NCBI GenBank assembly: GCA_964016885.1
Contig: CAXHJY010001088.1
Span: 1-64,000, forward strand
DNA: 64,000 nucleotides
Direction: 5' to 3'
DNA from: Eledone cirrhosa
Taxonomy: Eukaryota
Under the pieces are notes generated by a model that ran no database searches, was not told the DNA's origin, and was given only the letters and a program-made list of their open reading frames with translations. The position numbers and the translations under genes are program-made. Positions 27,677-45,561 of the stretch are shown here, piece after piece (the stretch's first letter is position 1; each line of letters opens with the position of its first letter).

Positions 27677-27713
27677 ATATATATATATATATCTGTATAT
27701 ATATATATGTCTG

Positions 27714-27754
<41 letters not shown>

Positions 27755-27757
<3 letters not shown>

Positions 27758-27812
27758 TTTACTCTTTTACCTGTTTCAGCCATCCGGCTGAGGCCATGCT
27801 GGGGCACCGCCG
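27755..27812 (-). mobile_element. Isolated 3' tail of the CR1-group LINE at 30738
   Basis: Reverse complement of 31961-32018. Confidence 0.85.
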
Positions 27813-28004
27813 TATATATATATATATCTGTATATATATATATATATCTGTATATATATATATAAATATCTGTATATATATATATAAATATCTGTATATA
27901 TATATATAAATATCTGTATATATATATATATATATCTGTATATATATATATATATATCTGTATATATATATATATATATATATCTGTATATATATATATA
28001 TCTG

Positions 28005-28076
<72 letters not shown>

Positions 28077-28078
<2 letters not shown>

Positions 28079-28352
28079 CATCCAGGCCGAAACAAATGAG
28101 ATTGGTGTAGGTGTCACGACAAAAAAACACACAGTCCACGCTGTAATGTGGCCGTGTAGGCAACACGGTAAAAACCTCCCAGACCCACACTGTAAATGTG
28201 GTTGGTGTTAGGAAGGGCATCCAACTGTAGAAAACCTGCCAGACAGTCCTATGCGAACAAGACAATCACTCTTGCCTCAAGTGGGAATACCCCCGTCCAA
28301 ACCCATGCAAGCGTGGAACACGGACGTTAAACGTTGATGATGATGATGATGA
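28077..28352 (+). mobile_element. RTE family A, 3' UTR only
   Basis: Matches 14125-14394. Confidence 0.9.
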
Positions 28353-28430
28353 TATATATATATATCTGTATATATATATATATATCTGTATATATATATA
28401 TCTATATATATCTGTATATATATATATATA

Positions 28431-28465
<35 letters not shown>

Positions 28466-28476
28466 GTATATATATA

Positions 28477-29988
28477 TTAGTTTAGCGAGGTTTTTTATAT
28501 GAAATCGTGTGTCGAAACAGATATTGTTATATTTGGGGAGGGTCATATTTGCGTAATATTGCCAGAATTAATAACAGAACACACTCACTGTTTGGTTGGT
28601 TTTCGCTTCTCGCTGTCTTTTATATCTGCGATCTAACTTACTCGGTCCTCAATGTTGCCATTGACTGACCGGCGGTCAAAAATAATACAGATACAATATA
28701 GACACAAACACATATATATAGTTTACATAATTTACATAAATCTTTCGTTGCACATCTGCAACATCGTCAGTGGTGTTATATTCATTGTTCCTCCTGTTGT
28801 GTTGTATGTTTACGCCATTTTTTATTCAGTCTGTCTATATATTTATTTATTTATTTATTTGCTTGTTTGTTTATCTTATTTTATTTTGTCTTCTTTGCGC
28901 ATGCGTTTGCGTGTGTGTATAGTGTTATGTGCGCTGTGTGACTAGTGTGTATAGTGTTGTGTCTGCTGGGTGACTAGTGTGTGTTTATGTGCTTGTTGTT
29001 ATTGTGCTTTTGTATGTATTTATTTATCTTATTTTATTTAATTTTATTTACTTATTTATACTTCTCTTAGGTCAGTGTTGTTTGTTTGGGTGTTGTTGTT
29101 GTTCCACTCATTCTTTCTGTTTAGCTTTGGTCTTCTAATTTCTATTTCACTGGCCTCTCAGATTTGCCTATCTGCTGGGTCATTCCTATGTTTAGATATT
29201 ATTCTAATTTCTAAGTTGTCTATGTTACCGTCATGTTGTTGTCTAGCATGTTCGTATAGTACTGACCTGTTTTTTCGTCCTTTTAGTTCCCCCAGTGTTG
29301 GTCTATCCTTTCAGCTATGCTACGAGCTGTCTCACCTATGTATGTTGTTGTCATTTTTCTGCAAGTACCCTCTGTACATCTTATGCTATAGACTACGTTT
29401 CTAGTTTTACAGTTTATCCGGGGGTTCACCTTACATATGATACATTTCCTATTGGTACAGTGGGTTTTCTTAAAAGGATAGGTTTGGCTGATCAGGGATT
29501 TTATGGTGGTTCCAGGCTTTTCTACCACCTTTATTTTTAAGTGGGTCTTTCTCAGGGCCTTTCTACACTGGTTAGCTAATTTCCCTCCAGGGGTGGCGTC
29601 CACAAACATGACACTCTGATATCTATGGTTGTCGTACCATGATGTGGCCTTCCCTATCTTATGTCTAGCCCTATCTAAGCTATTCCATGATTTGCTCCTG
29701 TATAGTGGGCAAATTCCTTTCATGTCCAGTTCTATGAGGGTCTTATACTTTTCCATGGCTCCTTCGTATTCTCTGACTCTGTCTCTTTGGTTGTAGCCAG
29801 AGAACTGCATGCGGTTGATGAAGTGTTGGATGTGTCCTTCCATTTCTGTTGGGTCGCACATGCTGGACACATTCTTCATCACTCGTACCAAATCTGCGAT
29901 CAAAATATTAAACTTAGCACTACTGGACATTGCTGAGTTTTTGAGTATCAGGTATTTGGAGGCCATGGGTTTAGCATAGTGTGAGTGG
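28477..29988 (-). mobile_element. PLE 3' fragment (RT thumb, GIY-YIG, 3' UTR), related to 26004
   Basis: YAKPMAS..SAM..MQFSGY; [16 protein letters not shown]; frameshift near 29283. Confidence 0.85.
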
Positions 29989-30735
<747 letters not shown>

Positions 30736-30737
30736 CT

Positions 30738-32018
30738 AGACAGCTCACATGTGGACGTGATATATCTTGACTTTGCGAAGGCCTTTGACAAGGTCGACCA
30801 CGGAATGATATGTCACAAACTACACGGACTCGGCATAACTGGAAAAGTAGGTGAGTGGCTGCATGGCTTCCTAAGGGACAGAAACCAGGCAGTCGCAGCA
30901 AATGGGGCCCTCTCGAGGGAAACACCGATAACAAGTGGGGTGCCCCAGGGGACAGTCCTGGGACCACTACTGTTTTTGGTGGCTCTCTCGGACATGCCCT
31001 CTGTGGTGCATGCAACAACATCCCTCACTAGCTATGCTGATGACACTAAGGTAGCACAGGCAATCAAAAACCCGGCTGACGCTGCCCTTTTACAGCAGGA
31101 TCTGGATGCCATATACAGATGGGCGGAAGAAAACAACATGCAGTTTAATGCTGGCAAATTCCAAGCCCTACAATACAAACCTGCAAACACAAATATAGTG
31201 GAACACAGCTACACAGGACCAGGAGGGACCGATATCCCCGTGTCAAAATCGATACGAGACCTGGGCATAGACATGAGCGATGATGCATCTTTTTCTTCAC
31301 ACATCATGAAGGTGGCGACAACATGTAGACGATTCGCTGGCTGGATCTTGAGGACTTTCCTTACAAGAGATCGAGACACCATGTTGACACTGTGGAGGAC
31401 TTTTGTCCTAAGCCGCCTGGACTACTGCTCCCAGCTGTGGTCACCCCATAGTGTCAAACTAACCACGGAGCTTGAGGCAATCCAGCGAAGCTACACCATG
31501 AGGATTGCCAAGATGAGGGAGACAAGCTACTGGGAGAGGCTAAAGGAACTGAACCTCTACTCCTTGGAGCGAAGACGGGAGAGATACGCAGTGATCTACA
31601 TGTGGAAAATCCTGGAGGGACTAGCACCAAACTTTGGCATTGGGAGCTGGACCAACCGTCGAACAGGACGTCACTGTGTGGTGCCAAAGGTCCCGTCTTC
31701 CACATCTAGAATAAGGAGCAGGTATTGCAATAGCCTGGGATTCAAGGGCCCTCAACTCTTCAACAGGCTGCCGAGGCATCTGAGAGACTTGCATGACGTG
31801 GAGGTGGATGTCTTTAAGAAACATCTCGACACCTTGTTATCCAGGATCCCGGATGAGCCCACAGCAAGACATGAGGGAAACCTAAGGGCAGCAGCAACAA
31901 ACTCCCTCCTACACCAGTGGCCAACCTATACAGGCTGGAGATAAAATGTGTAGCAACAAGGGCGGTGCCCCAGCATGGCCTCAGCCGGATGGCTGAAACA
32001 GGTAAAAGAGTAAAAGAG
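30738..32018 (+). mobile_element. CR1/L2-group LINE, 5'-truncated, ORF 30751-31944 open
   Basis: [35 protein letters not shown]; tail (GTAAAAGA)2. Confidence 0.92.
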
Positions 32019-32050
32019 TGTATCTATATATATCTGTATATATATATATA

Positions 32051-32089
<39 letters not shown>

Positions 32090-32136
32090 GTATATATATA
32101 TATATATCTGTATATATACATATATATATATATATA

Positions 32137-32173
<37 letters not shown>

Positions 32174-32214
32174 GTATATATATATATATATATCTGTATA
32201 TATATATATATATA

Positions 32215-32281
<67 letters not shown>

Positions 32282-32298
32282 GTATATATATATATATA

Positions 32299-32399
<101 letters not shown>

Positions 32400-32523
32400 G
32401 TATATATATATATATATATATATCTGTATATATATATATATATATCTGTATATATATATATCTGTATATATATATATCTGTATATATATATATCTGTATA
32501 TATATGTATATATATATATCTGT

Positions 32524-33769
32524 ATCATCATCATCATCATCACCGTTTTACGTCCGTTCTTCCACGCTAGCATAGGTTAGATGGGTTGTCCTGTTGTGGG
32601 CAGTGTCTGGTCGGCTGACCATGCCTTGCTCATACAGGAACTGATCTGGCTTGATTTCTACAGCTGGATGCCCTTCCTAACACCAACCTCATTTACAGTG
32701 AGTGCTGGGTGCTTTTTCGTGGCGCCTACACGTCCACTTTACAGTGTGGGCTGGGTGCTTTTTTGCCGTGGCACCTCCACGGCCACCTTGCGGTGGGGGG
32801 GGGGGGGGGGCATATTGTTTATATGCTTCAGCATGTACCCATGGGAGGTCGGGTACCCTGTATTACTGCGTGACGCCAGAAGTCACGGTCGTGTGTCATT
32901 GACTTTGAGAGGTGTAGTTGGGTAAGGTCGGCTTTTATCACCTCATCCCAAGTCATCTTGGGTCTCCCCACTCCGCGGTTTCCATCAACTTCTAGTGCTC
33001 TGCACCTTTTTATGCAGCTGTCATCCTTCATACGCATCACATGTCCATACCAGCGTAACCGCCTCTCCTGCACGCAGCATTTGATTCCTCTTATGCTCAG
33101 TCTCTCTCTCAATTCATTTATGCTTTGTCGTTCACGTATATTACTGTTACACATCCATCGGAGCATGCAGGCTTCGTTTCTCTCTAATCTACGTAAGTCT
33201 TCCACCTTCAGCGCCCAGGTCTCACTACCATGCAACATCGCTGTTCGGATACACGCATCATACACTCTGCCTTTCATTCTGAGGGAGAAGCCTTTTGCAG
33301 CTAGCAGTGGTAGTAGTTCCCTAAACTTCTTCCATCCCGTTCTTACCCTAGTTATTGTACTTTCTGAGCACCCACCTCCGTTGCTAATTCGGTCACCTAG
33401 GTAGCAGAAGCTGTCTACTGTTTCTACAGGGCCCTCCCAGAGATTGGTGGTACTTGTTTCCTGTGGCTGTTTGCTTGCTGTTTCAGCACAGCTGCTGCAT
33501 GTGAATCCTACATTCTTAATTAAGCTTCCTGAGATCCCGCTACATCTCTTGTGTACCCATTGTTTGCATTTGGGGCAGAGAATGGAGTTCCTACCTACAC
33601 CTTTCCTACATACTGAGCAAGGCCATTTCCCTGAGGGGATCTGGGTTCTGTTTTCTCGTCTACTTACAAGGACCTTAGTCTTTGTCATGTTGACTTTGAG
33701 GCCCTTTCTCTCTAGTCCCTGCTTCCAGGTTTGGAATTTATTCTCTAGTTCTACCATAGATTCAGCTAA
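32524..33769 (-). mobile_element. RTE family B LINE, 5'-truncated
   Basis: PHD-like cluster and HGSETW homologous to family A; distinct 3' UTR ending in (GAT)n. Confidence 0.92.
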
Positions 33770-33849
33770 TATATATCTGTATATATATGTATATATATAT
33801 ATCTGTATATATATATATATATATCTGTATATATATGTATATATATATA

Positions 33850-33884
<35 letters not shown>

Positions 33885-33929
33885 GTATGTATATATATCT
33901 GTATATATATATATCTGTATATATATATA

Positions 33930-33965
<36 letters not shown>

Positions 33966-33967
<2 letters not shown>

Positions 33968-34328
33968 GTGACTTCTGGCGTCACGCAGTAATACAGGGTA
34001 CCCGACCTCCCATGGGTACATGCTGAAGCATATAAACAATATGCCCCCACTCCCCCCCCACCGCAAGGTGGTCTTGGAGGCGCCACGGCAAAAAAGCACC
34101 CAGCCCACACTGTAAAGTGGACGTGTAGGCGCCACGAAAAAGCACCCAGCACTCACTGTAAATGAGGTTGGTGTAAGGAAGGGCATCCAGCTGTAGAAAT
34201 CAAGCCAGATCAGTTCCTGTATGAGCAAGGCATGGTCAGCCGACCAGACACTGCCCACAACAGGACAACCCGTCTAACCCATGCTAGCGTGGAAGAACGG
34301 ACGTAAAACGGTGATGATGATGATGATG
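33966..34328 (+). mobile_element. RTE family B 3' end in opposite orientation
   Basis: Reverse complement of about 32525-32889. Confidence 0.92.
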
Positions 34329-34453
34329 ATATATATATATATATATGGCCGTGTAGGCAACACGGTAAAAACCTCCCAGACCCACACTGTAAATGTGGTT
34401 AGTGTTATATATATACAATATATATATATATATACAATATATATATATATTTG

Positions 34454-34488
<35 letters not shown>

Positions 34489-34588
34489 GTATATATATAT
34501 GTATATATATATACATGTATATATATATATATATATGTACATATATATATATGTACATATATATACATACATATATATATATATATAT

Positions 34589-34661
<73 letters not shown>

Positions 34662-34676
34662 TATATATATATATAT

Positions 34677-34719
<43 letters not shown>

Positions 34720-34742
34720 TATACATATATATATATATACAA

Positions 34743-34773
<31 letters not shown>

Positions 34774-34798
34774 TATATACATATATATATATATACAA

Positions 34799-34849
<51 letters not shown>

Positions 34850-34870
34850 CAAATATATATATATATACAA

Positions 34871-34903
<33 letters not shown>

Positions 34904-34904
34904 C

Positions 34905-34955
<51 letters not shown>

Positions 34956-34959
34956 TATC

Positions 34960-36198
34960 TGGGAAATGGTCATGCTTGTCGGTTTATTTTTAATCAATTC
35001 GCTACATAGGAAAATACCCGGTACTACCGGAGGTTTATATAGAGACGACATGCTTTTACTTATTGATAATAATAACTCTGAACTAAATAGAAAATGTAAA
35101 CAAATTACACAATTTTTTAATTATTTTAATCTTAAAATAGAAATTGAAAACAACCATAGAATAGTCAATTTCCTAGATATAACATTAAATCTCAACACAT
35201 GTCTTCACTATCCTTTTCACAAGTTGAATGAAAACTTAAACTATGTAAACTTTAACTCTAACCACCCCAGATCTGTCAAAAACACTATAGTAAACTCTGT
35301 CCAAAAACGTATCTCTAGGATCTCGTCGAATAGAAAGATTTTCGACGAAAAAGCCCAATACTACAATGAAGCATTAGCTAGAGCAGGATATGCTGATAAG
35401 ATTGTGTACATAGATAATGATAGACAAACTAAACAAAGTAACAACTTTTTTAATTACGGCAACATCCTTAACAACTATAATAGAAAGCATTACAATAATT
35501 CCAAAGGCCAAAAAAGAAATAGAACTAGGAACATAATTTGGTTTGCCCCCCCTTTCTCACTAAACATTAAAACCCACATCGCTAAACTATTTTTTAAAGC
35601 TCTTGATAATCGCTTCCCTAGAACACATAGATATCACTCAATTTTCAATAGACATACAATTAAATTAACCTACTCATCCACCAAAAATTTAGCACAAAAT
35701 ATCAATAGAATAAATAATAGGAACTTAAAACCTAGTGATAACAGCATAAATAATATACAAGTTAACAAATGTAACTGTAGAGATAGATCTAAATGTCCGT
35801 TAAATAACAACTGCTTAGTTAAAAATATAGTATACAATTGTAATGTTAATACTGACTCTAATTCTTTTAACTACGTCGGTTCCACATCGACGGAATTTAA
35901 ACTTCGCTATAATAACCACAAGAATTCTTTCACAGATCCAAGTAAAAAATCTTCAACGGCACTATCAGGCGTACTATGGCAACTTAAGCTAGATAACGTT
36001 AGATATTCGACGGCTTGGAATATAGTCTCAAGAGGGATTCCTTTTAATTCATCCTCTGAGACATGTGACCTCTGCGCAGAGGAGATATTCTTTATACTAA
36101 AATCTAAAAATTCCCTTAATCTACGGACAAATTTATTCAGTTGTTGCAAACATAGATTAAACTCAACGTTTAAATATAAATTTAAATTTAAAATGTAG
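34960..36198 (+). CDS. PLE RT (C-terminal half) plus GIY-YIG; the TA-derived N-terminus in the ORF track is spurious
   Basis: [34 protein letters not shown]. Confidence 0.88.
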   Translation, partial: WEMVMLVGLFLINSLHRKIPGTTGGLYRDDMLLLIDNNNSELNRKCKQITQFFNYFNLKIEIENNHRIVNFLDITLNLNTCLHYPFHKLNENLNYVNFNSNHPRSVKNTIVNSVQKRISRISSNRKIFDEKAQYYNEALARAGYADKIVYIDNDRQTKQSNNFFNYGNILNNYNRKHYNNSKGQKRNRTRNIIWFAPPFSLNIKTHIAKLFFKALDNRFPRTHRYHSIFNRHTIKLTYSSTKNLAQNINRINNRNLKPSDNSINNIQVNKCNCRDRSKCPLNNNCLVKNIVYNCNVNTDSNSFNYVGSTSTEFKLRYNNHKNSFTDPSKKSSTALSGVLWQLKLDNVRYSTAWNIVSRGIPFNSSSETCDLCAEEIFFILKSKNSLNLRTNLFSCCKHRLNSTFKYKFKFKM

Positions 36199-37593
36199 TA
36201 TATTTAGTTTGATTTATAATTATATGGGAAACTAGCCGATAAATCTTTGATTCTCTTTTTATTCTTTTTATTTTTATTTTATTTATTTAAACATTCTTCA
36301 TGAAAAATTAAGCTATCCTAAAAGTTGATGCTCCAAATATTTCGAATAAACGTTACACTAGATAAACTTCTATATTAAATATAAGAACACATGTAGACCA
36401 AATTGGGCATCCTATACTTTTTAAAATGATCTTTACTAGATGCGATTTGATAGATAATTTTTGGCTTTATCTGTTTTTCGACTCTGATGTTTATAATGAA
36501 CTTGGCAATATATTGTCAATTAATTTTGAAGGGTTGATCTTTGTGGTTTATTTTATTTTTATTATTGTAGTATTTCCTAATTTTTATTATTATTATATTA
36601 TTATTGTAGTATTTCCTAATTTTTATTTTTAATATTCTTAATATGTAAATTTTTTAATATGTAATATTTTTAATATGTAATATTCTTTCGTAATATTTCT
36701 TAGTTTTCTATTTTATTTTTACTTATTATTATTATTGTTATTTTTAGTTTTGTTTCCGATATATTTTTATTTTTATTTTTATTAGTATATTGAAATCTGC
36801 TCTATCTTTGCTTGATAGACTGAAATAGTAATATTGACTCTATATACACATATATGTATACTTAAATTTTTATACCACATTGAGAATACTTTCCGTGAAC
36901 TTAAGGTTTGCAGAATTGATCATGTACATTCACATAGATGTTTGTAATTATCACATAAACATATGAATTTTTTTAAAAAACTAAACATAAGATCATTAAT
37001 TTTCACACATTGTGGATACATATCTCATTCAGGAATACTGATATTTACAATGTAGAGGCTGGTTTTGTAAATACTAATACCTCTATATTAAAACAGAGGT
37101 TTTTTACGCCTCGCCTGTGTCTGGATATTTTTGAATTTTTTTCTCTCTCTTTTTTCTCTCTCTATATTTTTTTCTCTCCCTATATAACAGCTGGTTTTCC
37201 CTCCATATATCTCCCTTACATTAATACTAGAGCTAAATAAATAAATAAATAAATAAATGTATCATTGATACGTTATTCAACAGTCGTCCCACTACCTAGC
37301 TTTCTATATATATCTATCTATCTCTATTTCCTCTCTCTATATATATATATATCTCTTTCTGTTTCTTTACATGAAGTTCTTCTCTTTATCTATCTTTCCA
37401 TCTCTCTATTTTGTTCCATGCATTTCTTCTTTTTCTTTTTCTTCGTTTTCTGTCTTTCTTTCCTTTTTTCTCTCTTTTTCTCTCTTTTTCTTTCTCTTTG
37501 TGTACAATTTTGTCACTACCAAATCAACCTTCTCAAATGCAAGTAGATGTTACGGTATGTCGAATCTATTTATCTATAAAACTGTTTATATTG

Positions 37594-37660
37594 TATTTTG
37601 TCTGAGGAAGGCATAGCATATTGTTAATATGATATCCCTGAAATATATATAATGAAATAA
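37594..37660 (+). ncRNA. Type I hammerhead (family H1)
   Basis: Same sequence as the copy at 9259. Confidence 0.7.
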
Positions 37661-37788
37661 ATATGGTTTTATAAATATAGTTTCCATTTATTTAATATTG
37701 TAAATATACTCCAAATATTTGTCGAGTGCTTTTATATCAGTTATAAATATTTACTAGTTGTAACCCAACAATTTAAATATAACTTTCC

Positions 37789-40201
<2,413 letters not shown>

Positions 40202-40202
<1 letters not shown>

Positions 40203-43200
40203 CATCATCATCATCATCATCAACGTTTAACGTCCGTGTTCCACGCTTGCATGGGTTTGGACGGGGGTAGTCCCACTTGAGGCAAGAGTGATTGTCTTGC
40301 TCGCATAGGACTGTCTGGCAGGTTTTCTACAGTTGGATGCCCTTCCTAACACCAACCACATTTACAGTGTGGGTCTGGGAGGTTTTTACCGTGTTGCCTA
40401 CACGGCCACATTACAGCGTGGACTGTGTGTTTTTTTTGTCGTGACACCTACACGATCTCGTTTGTTTCGGCCTCGATGGCGCGGCACCAACATAACTTTA
40501 CATAGAACGGGGTGGTGTGGATGGGGTGGGGGCGGGGGTGGTGGGACGGGGTGTATTTTGTTAGAGATGCCTACTGGCTGGAGTAGGTTTTACTATATAT
40601 TTAGGTAAGGCGGGTCTTCTCTGTTACTGAGTACCGCCAAAGGTCTCGGTCCAGTGACATTGTCTTGGAGAGGTGTAAGTGTGTGATGTCGGAGTTTATC
40701 AGCTCGTCCCAGGTTTTTCTAGGTCTGCCTATTCCGTGACTACCGTCTATCTTTATTGCCCTGCACTTTTTTATACAGCTATCGACTTTCATGCGCATCA
40801 CGTGTCCATACCAACGTAGCCTTCTCTCGAGTAAACAACATCTGATCCCTCTTATCTCTAATTTTTTCCTTAGTTCGTTTATGCTTTGCCGTTCACGTAT
40901 ATTACTGTTACACATCCAGCGGAGCATGCAAGCTTCGTTCCTCTCTAGTCTGCGTATATCCTCTGCACACAATGCCCAGGTCTCACTGCCATGCAGCATT
41001 GCTGTTCGTATGCAGGCATCGTACAACCTGCCTTTCATTTTTAGGGAGAACCCTTTAGCAGCTAATAGTGGTATAAGCTCTCTGAACTTTTTCCAACCAG
41101 TTCTGACTCTAGCTACAGTACTTTCAGAGCACCCTCCCCCACTGCTGATTTTATCGCCCAGGTAACGGAAGCTGTCCACTATTTCTATAGAACCCTCTGC
41201 GCAATTGAAAGAGCTAGTAGTTTGTGGGCACTTGCTGCTACTTATTGCACCAGAGCACCGGCCACATGTAAAATCTATGTTCTTAGTTAGCTTACCTGTG
41301 ATCCCACTACATCTTTTATGCACCCATACTTTGCATTTAGGACATAAAATGGAGTTTCTACCTACGCCTTTCCTACACACCGAGCACGACCATTTCCCAG
41401 AAGGGACCACCGCCTTGTTTTCTTTCCTACAAACTAGTACTTTGGTCTTAGCCAGGTTAATTTTAAGTCCTTTTGACTCTAGGCCGTGCTTCCATGTTTG
41501 GAATTTCTTCTCTAGCTCGGCCATTGATTCCGCTATGAGTGTCAGGTCGTCTGCGTATAGGAGTTCCCATGGGCAGCCTGTCTTGAACTCCTCTGTTATA
41601 GCCTGAAGGGCAATAATAAATAGTAGTGGGCTGAGAACAGAGCCCTAATGGACGCCAACTTTTACGCTAAACTCTTCACTATATTCGTTGTTAATTCTAA
41701 CCTTGCTGACTGTTTCTTTATACATGGCTTGTATAGCCCTCACAAGCCATTCGTCAACGCCTAGTTTTCTAAGAGCCCACCAGATAATGGAGCGGGGGAC
41801 TCTGTCGAAGGCTTTCTCCAAGTCGACAAAAGCTAAGTAGAGGGGTTTACCTTTAGCTAGGTACTTCTCCTGTAGTTGTCGTACTATGAAAAGAGCGTCT
41901 GTGGTACTTTTGCCTGACACAAACCCGAACTGCATTTCATCTAGGTCAATTCTCTCTCTGATTAGTTGCGCTATTACTTTTTCCGTGACCTTCATGACCT
42001 GGTCGATTAATTTAATGCCTCTATAGTTACTCCTATCTAGGGCGTCTCCTTTACCCTTATAACAGTTAACGATGATGCTGCTATGCCAGTCCTTCGGAAC
42101 AACCCCATTCTGTACGACTTGGTTAACTATGCGGGTGACCATGGTGTGTCCCACCGTGCCAGATGCCTTCAGCATCTCAGCAACTATTTCCGAAGGCCCA
42201 GCCGCCTTACCCGTCTTCATATCCTTGATTGCCTTACTTATTATACTCCCCTCGACTAACACTGCTGGTCCCTCTATTGGGTCGATATGGGGGAGACTGC
42301 CTTTCTCCCAATTATTCTCCTCATTTAGTAGCCTTTCATAGTGACACTTCCAAGCTACCTTCTTATCAGCGTCGGTGATGGCAAGTGTGCCATCGTCGTT
42401 TAGTACACACTTCTCCCCGACAATATCACGGTTTTCCTTGACGCATTGCCTAGCAATCCTGAACACCTCACGTTTTTGGTCATCGCGTTGTAGAACATGC
42501 TTGAACTTTCTTTCCTCAGCTTCCCTTCTTGCTAAGTACACTTGTCTCCTAGCTTCCCTCCCGGCCACTTGATAGTCCTCTCTACTTCCCCCATCCCGCC
42601 ATACTTTCCAAGCCTGCTTTTTGGCCTTAATTGACCCCTCCACCTTACTGTTCCACCACCATGTTACTCTCCTCCTGCCTACAGGCCTGCTCCAGCCACA
42701 GACTTCGTCTGTCGCCAACAGCAGGTTTGCTTTCAGAAATTCCCACTCTCCCTCTATATTGTCCGACTCTAAATGTTCTTCCTTACTGTCGAAAGCATCA
42801 AGTAATATGCTTTGAAATTTATTCCTGGCTGTGGGGTCCTTTAGCTTCCATATTTTCCTCCTGAGGATAGTCCTCTTCTGTTGTCGAGTACGTCTCGTCC
42901 TGACTATGAGGTCGCTAATTATCAGTCTATGTTGGGAGGTGCATTCTTCATGGGGGAGGGATTTAGTGTTAACAACAGACACTCTGTCACGTCTTCTGGT
43001 AAGGATATAATCTACCTGGCTTGTGTGTTCCCCGGATCTATAGGTGATCAGGTGATTGTCACGTTTTTTGAAGTTAGTGTTACAGATAGTTAGGTTATTT
43101 GCATCACAGAATTCCAGGATTCTGGAGCCTTCCTCATTTCTAGTACCAAACCCATAGCCTCCATGGATTTCGTCGTAGCCGTCACAATGTTGTCCAACGT

Positions 43201-43742
43201 GACCATTTAGGTCGCCTGCGATAATTATATAGTCACTGTCGGATATTTGGGAGGTAGTTAGCATCAGTGTCTCATAGAATCTGTCTTTTATAGTGCCGGG
43301 CAGTCCGGATTGGGGTGCGTACGCAGATATTACTGTCACCGTAGTTCTATTGAGGACAAGTCGTATTTTAATTATTCTGTCGTTCACTCTATTTACGTCT
43401 ATTATCTTATCTGCCCACTTTTCTGCTACCATGATTCCTACTCCACCCAGCCCATCGTCGTTTCCCACCCAGAAAAGCTTATAACATCGTTTTTTACCCT
43501 CAATGAACCTAGCAGACCCACCCCTCCACCTGGTCTCTTGAATACAACAAACATCGACCTCCTTACGTTCAAGCATTTCTACAACCTCGTTAGCGCGACC
43601 CTTTAGGGTGCCTACATTTATGGTACCAACTCTGAAGTTTTGGATTGCGTTTGGGGGTTGGGGGCGGTGAGGGGCGGGGGGCGATGGGGTTATGTTAGCC
43701 GTCCGCGGTCGAAACAATGAGGAGTGCTCGCATTCTCGTCCA
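40202..43742 (-). mobile_element. RTE family A LINE, near full length, one nonsense mutation
   Basis: APE+RT in 43717-41645 and an in-frame continuation to 40601; CAG to TAG in HQGS compared with the copy at 12601. Confidence 0.93.
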
Positions 43743-43758
43743 AATATATATATATGTG

Positions 43759-43799
<41 letters not shown>

Positions 43800-43854
43800 A
43801 TATATATATATATATGTATGTATATATGTATATATATATATATATATGTATGTA

Positions 43855-43899
<45 letters not shown>

Positions 43900-44653
43900 A
43901 TATGTATATATATATGTATGTATATATGTATGTATATATGTATGTATATATGTATATATATATGTATATATATATATATGAGGGAGCTTATAGATAGGAC
44001 AACACACGCTGTCTCTTCGTGGGGTAAGTTTTTAATTAATTTTTGTATTCTGAAACATCAAAATACAACAATTTGTTGGTTACTGGACTCGGGAATGTCA
44101 CGACAGAAGTTTGTGGAAGTTACACAAATATTTTAGTATATTTTAGCAGAGCAATCCTTATTTATATTTTACATTTACTTACATCTCAATATAACATGGC
44201 TAGAATTCAAATTTTGCTAAGAGAAGAAAACGGTCAAATGAACTAGATACATCTCACTGTCCACACCACCACAATAACGTCTACACTCTTTCCCCACCAT
44301 CACATGTCATTACCATACCATACCCTATCGAGACTAAAGTCATTGACCTGTTGTCAAACTCTCTACTCTCTGATGAATGTATATATATATATGTGTGTGT
44401 ATGTATATGTGTGTATATACATCACTCAGTCAAACAACCAGATTTCAACCCCAACATCTACAACAACAACAACACCGGCCCTAATGTTTACAGCAACAAC
44501 AGCTTCAGAATGAACTGAAATGAACATTTACAACAATTACAACAACAACAACAACAGCGGCATCAAAACATAAAAAAAGGAAGGGAAAAGAAAAAAGAAA
44601 AGGGAAGGGGAAAAAAAAAGGAAAAAAAAAAAAAAAAAAAAACTCAAAATAAC

Positions 44654-44686
<33 letters not shown>

Positions 44687-44777
44687 CAGAACAACAACAT
44701 CAACTGCCACCACCACCGCCACCGCCACCGCCGTCGCCATCACCATCACCAGCGACCTGGCCTTAAGAACAACTTTA

Positions 44778-44860
44778 ATAATAATTTTTCTGCTTTTGGC
44801 ACGGATCCAGCGACTGGCCAGCGCATCACTGGTACTCTCTTTTGTTGACTCCGTGGAGAG
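44778..44860 (-). mobile_element. Old decayed copy of the second SINE family
   Basis: cagcgcatcactggtactctcttttgttgactccgt resembles cagtacattactggtactttattttatcgaccccgt at 21890. Confidence 0.55.
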
Positions 44861-45120
44861 CCATAACTCTATGCTGTAAAGCAATTATAGTAATACTGGA
44901 CTGTAATACGATCGGCTTCAACTATACAAACTCTTGAAAGTCAACAGTTGACATAATCTGGTAATCTTGTATCAGTAATGACGGTAATATATATATATAT
45001 ATGTGTGCGTGTAAGTGAGTAGAGTAGCGTGTGTGTGTGTTTGTTGTGTGTGTGAGTGTTGCTGTGTGCACGCATATGTATGCGTGTGTGTGTATGTCGT
45101 ACGTATAAGTGTCAATAAGT

Positions 45121-45160
<40 letters not shown>

Positions 45161-45162
<2 letters not shown>

Positions 45163-45463
45163 GCGGGGACATAGAAATAATCGGGCTGGATGCCCGATCG
45201 CGCAGTTAAACCACTGGGAGTGAAGAACCCCTAGCCCATGTCAGGGTATTCTTCTAGGAGAAGGCATCTCAGGAAACTGGGTTAACTCCGATATAAAACC
45301 TGCGGCTCAGTAGTTACCGATGATGTTGATCTTTTCTTCTTTTCGGGTTATAGCTACTGTCGCTCAGAGAGTGGGATTGGTTCAGTGCACAGTCTTTCCT
45401 CACTTTAAAAATATTCGTCACGCACAGGCATTGCACGAGTGCATTAATAATTATTAATAGTGT

Positions 45464-45498
<35 letters not shown>

Positions 45499-45525
45499 TA
45501 TTATTACTTTTTTTTTTTTTTTTCT

Positions 45526-45561
<36 letters not shown>

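Noticed and set aside
28490-28545. Hammerhead from GAAAcagatattgTT (also near 61400 and 20020)
   Set aside because: No CUGANGA core or stem I could be placed upstream.
32828-34258. 476-aa ORF with an apparently novel N-terminus
   Set aside because: Chance fusion of an antisense 3' UTR, a TA tract and a truncated RTE.
41645-41647. Programmed stop-codon readthrough
   Set aside because: The sister copy has CAG at this position, so a copy-specific mutation is simpler.
44537-44884. Possible host exon
   Set aside because: Composed of simple repeats and a decayed SINE.
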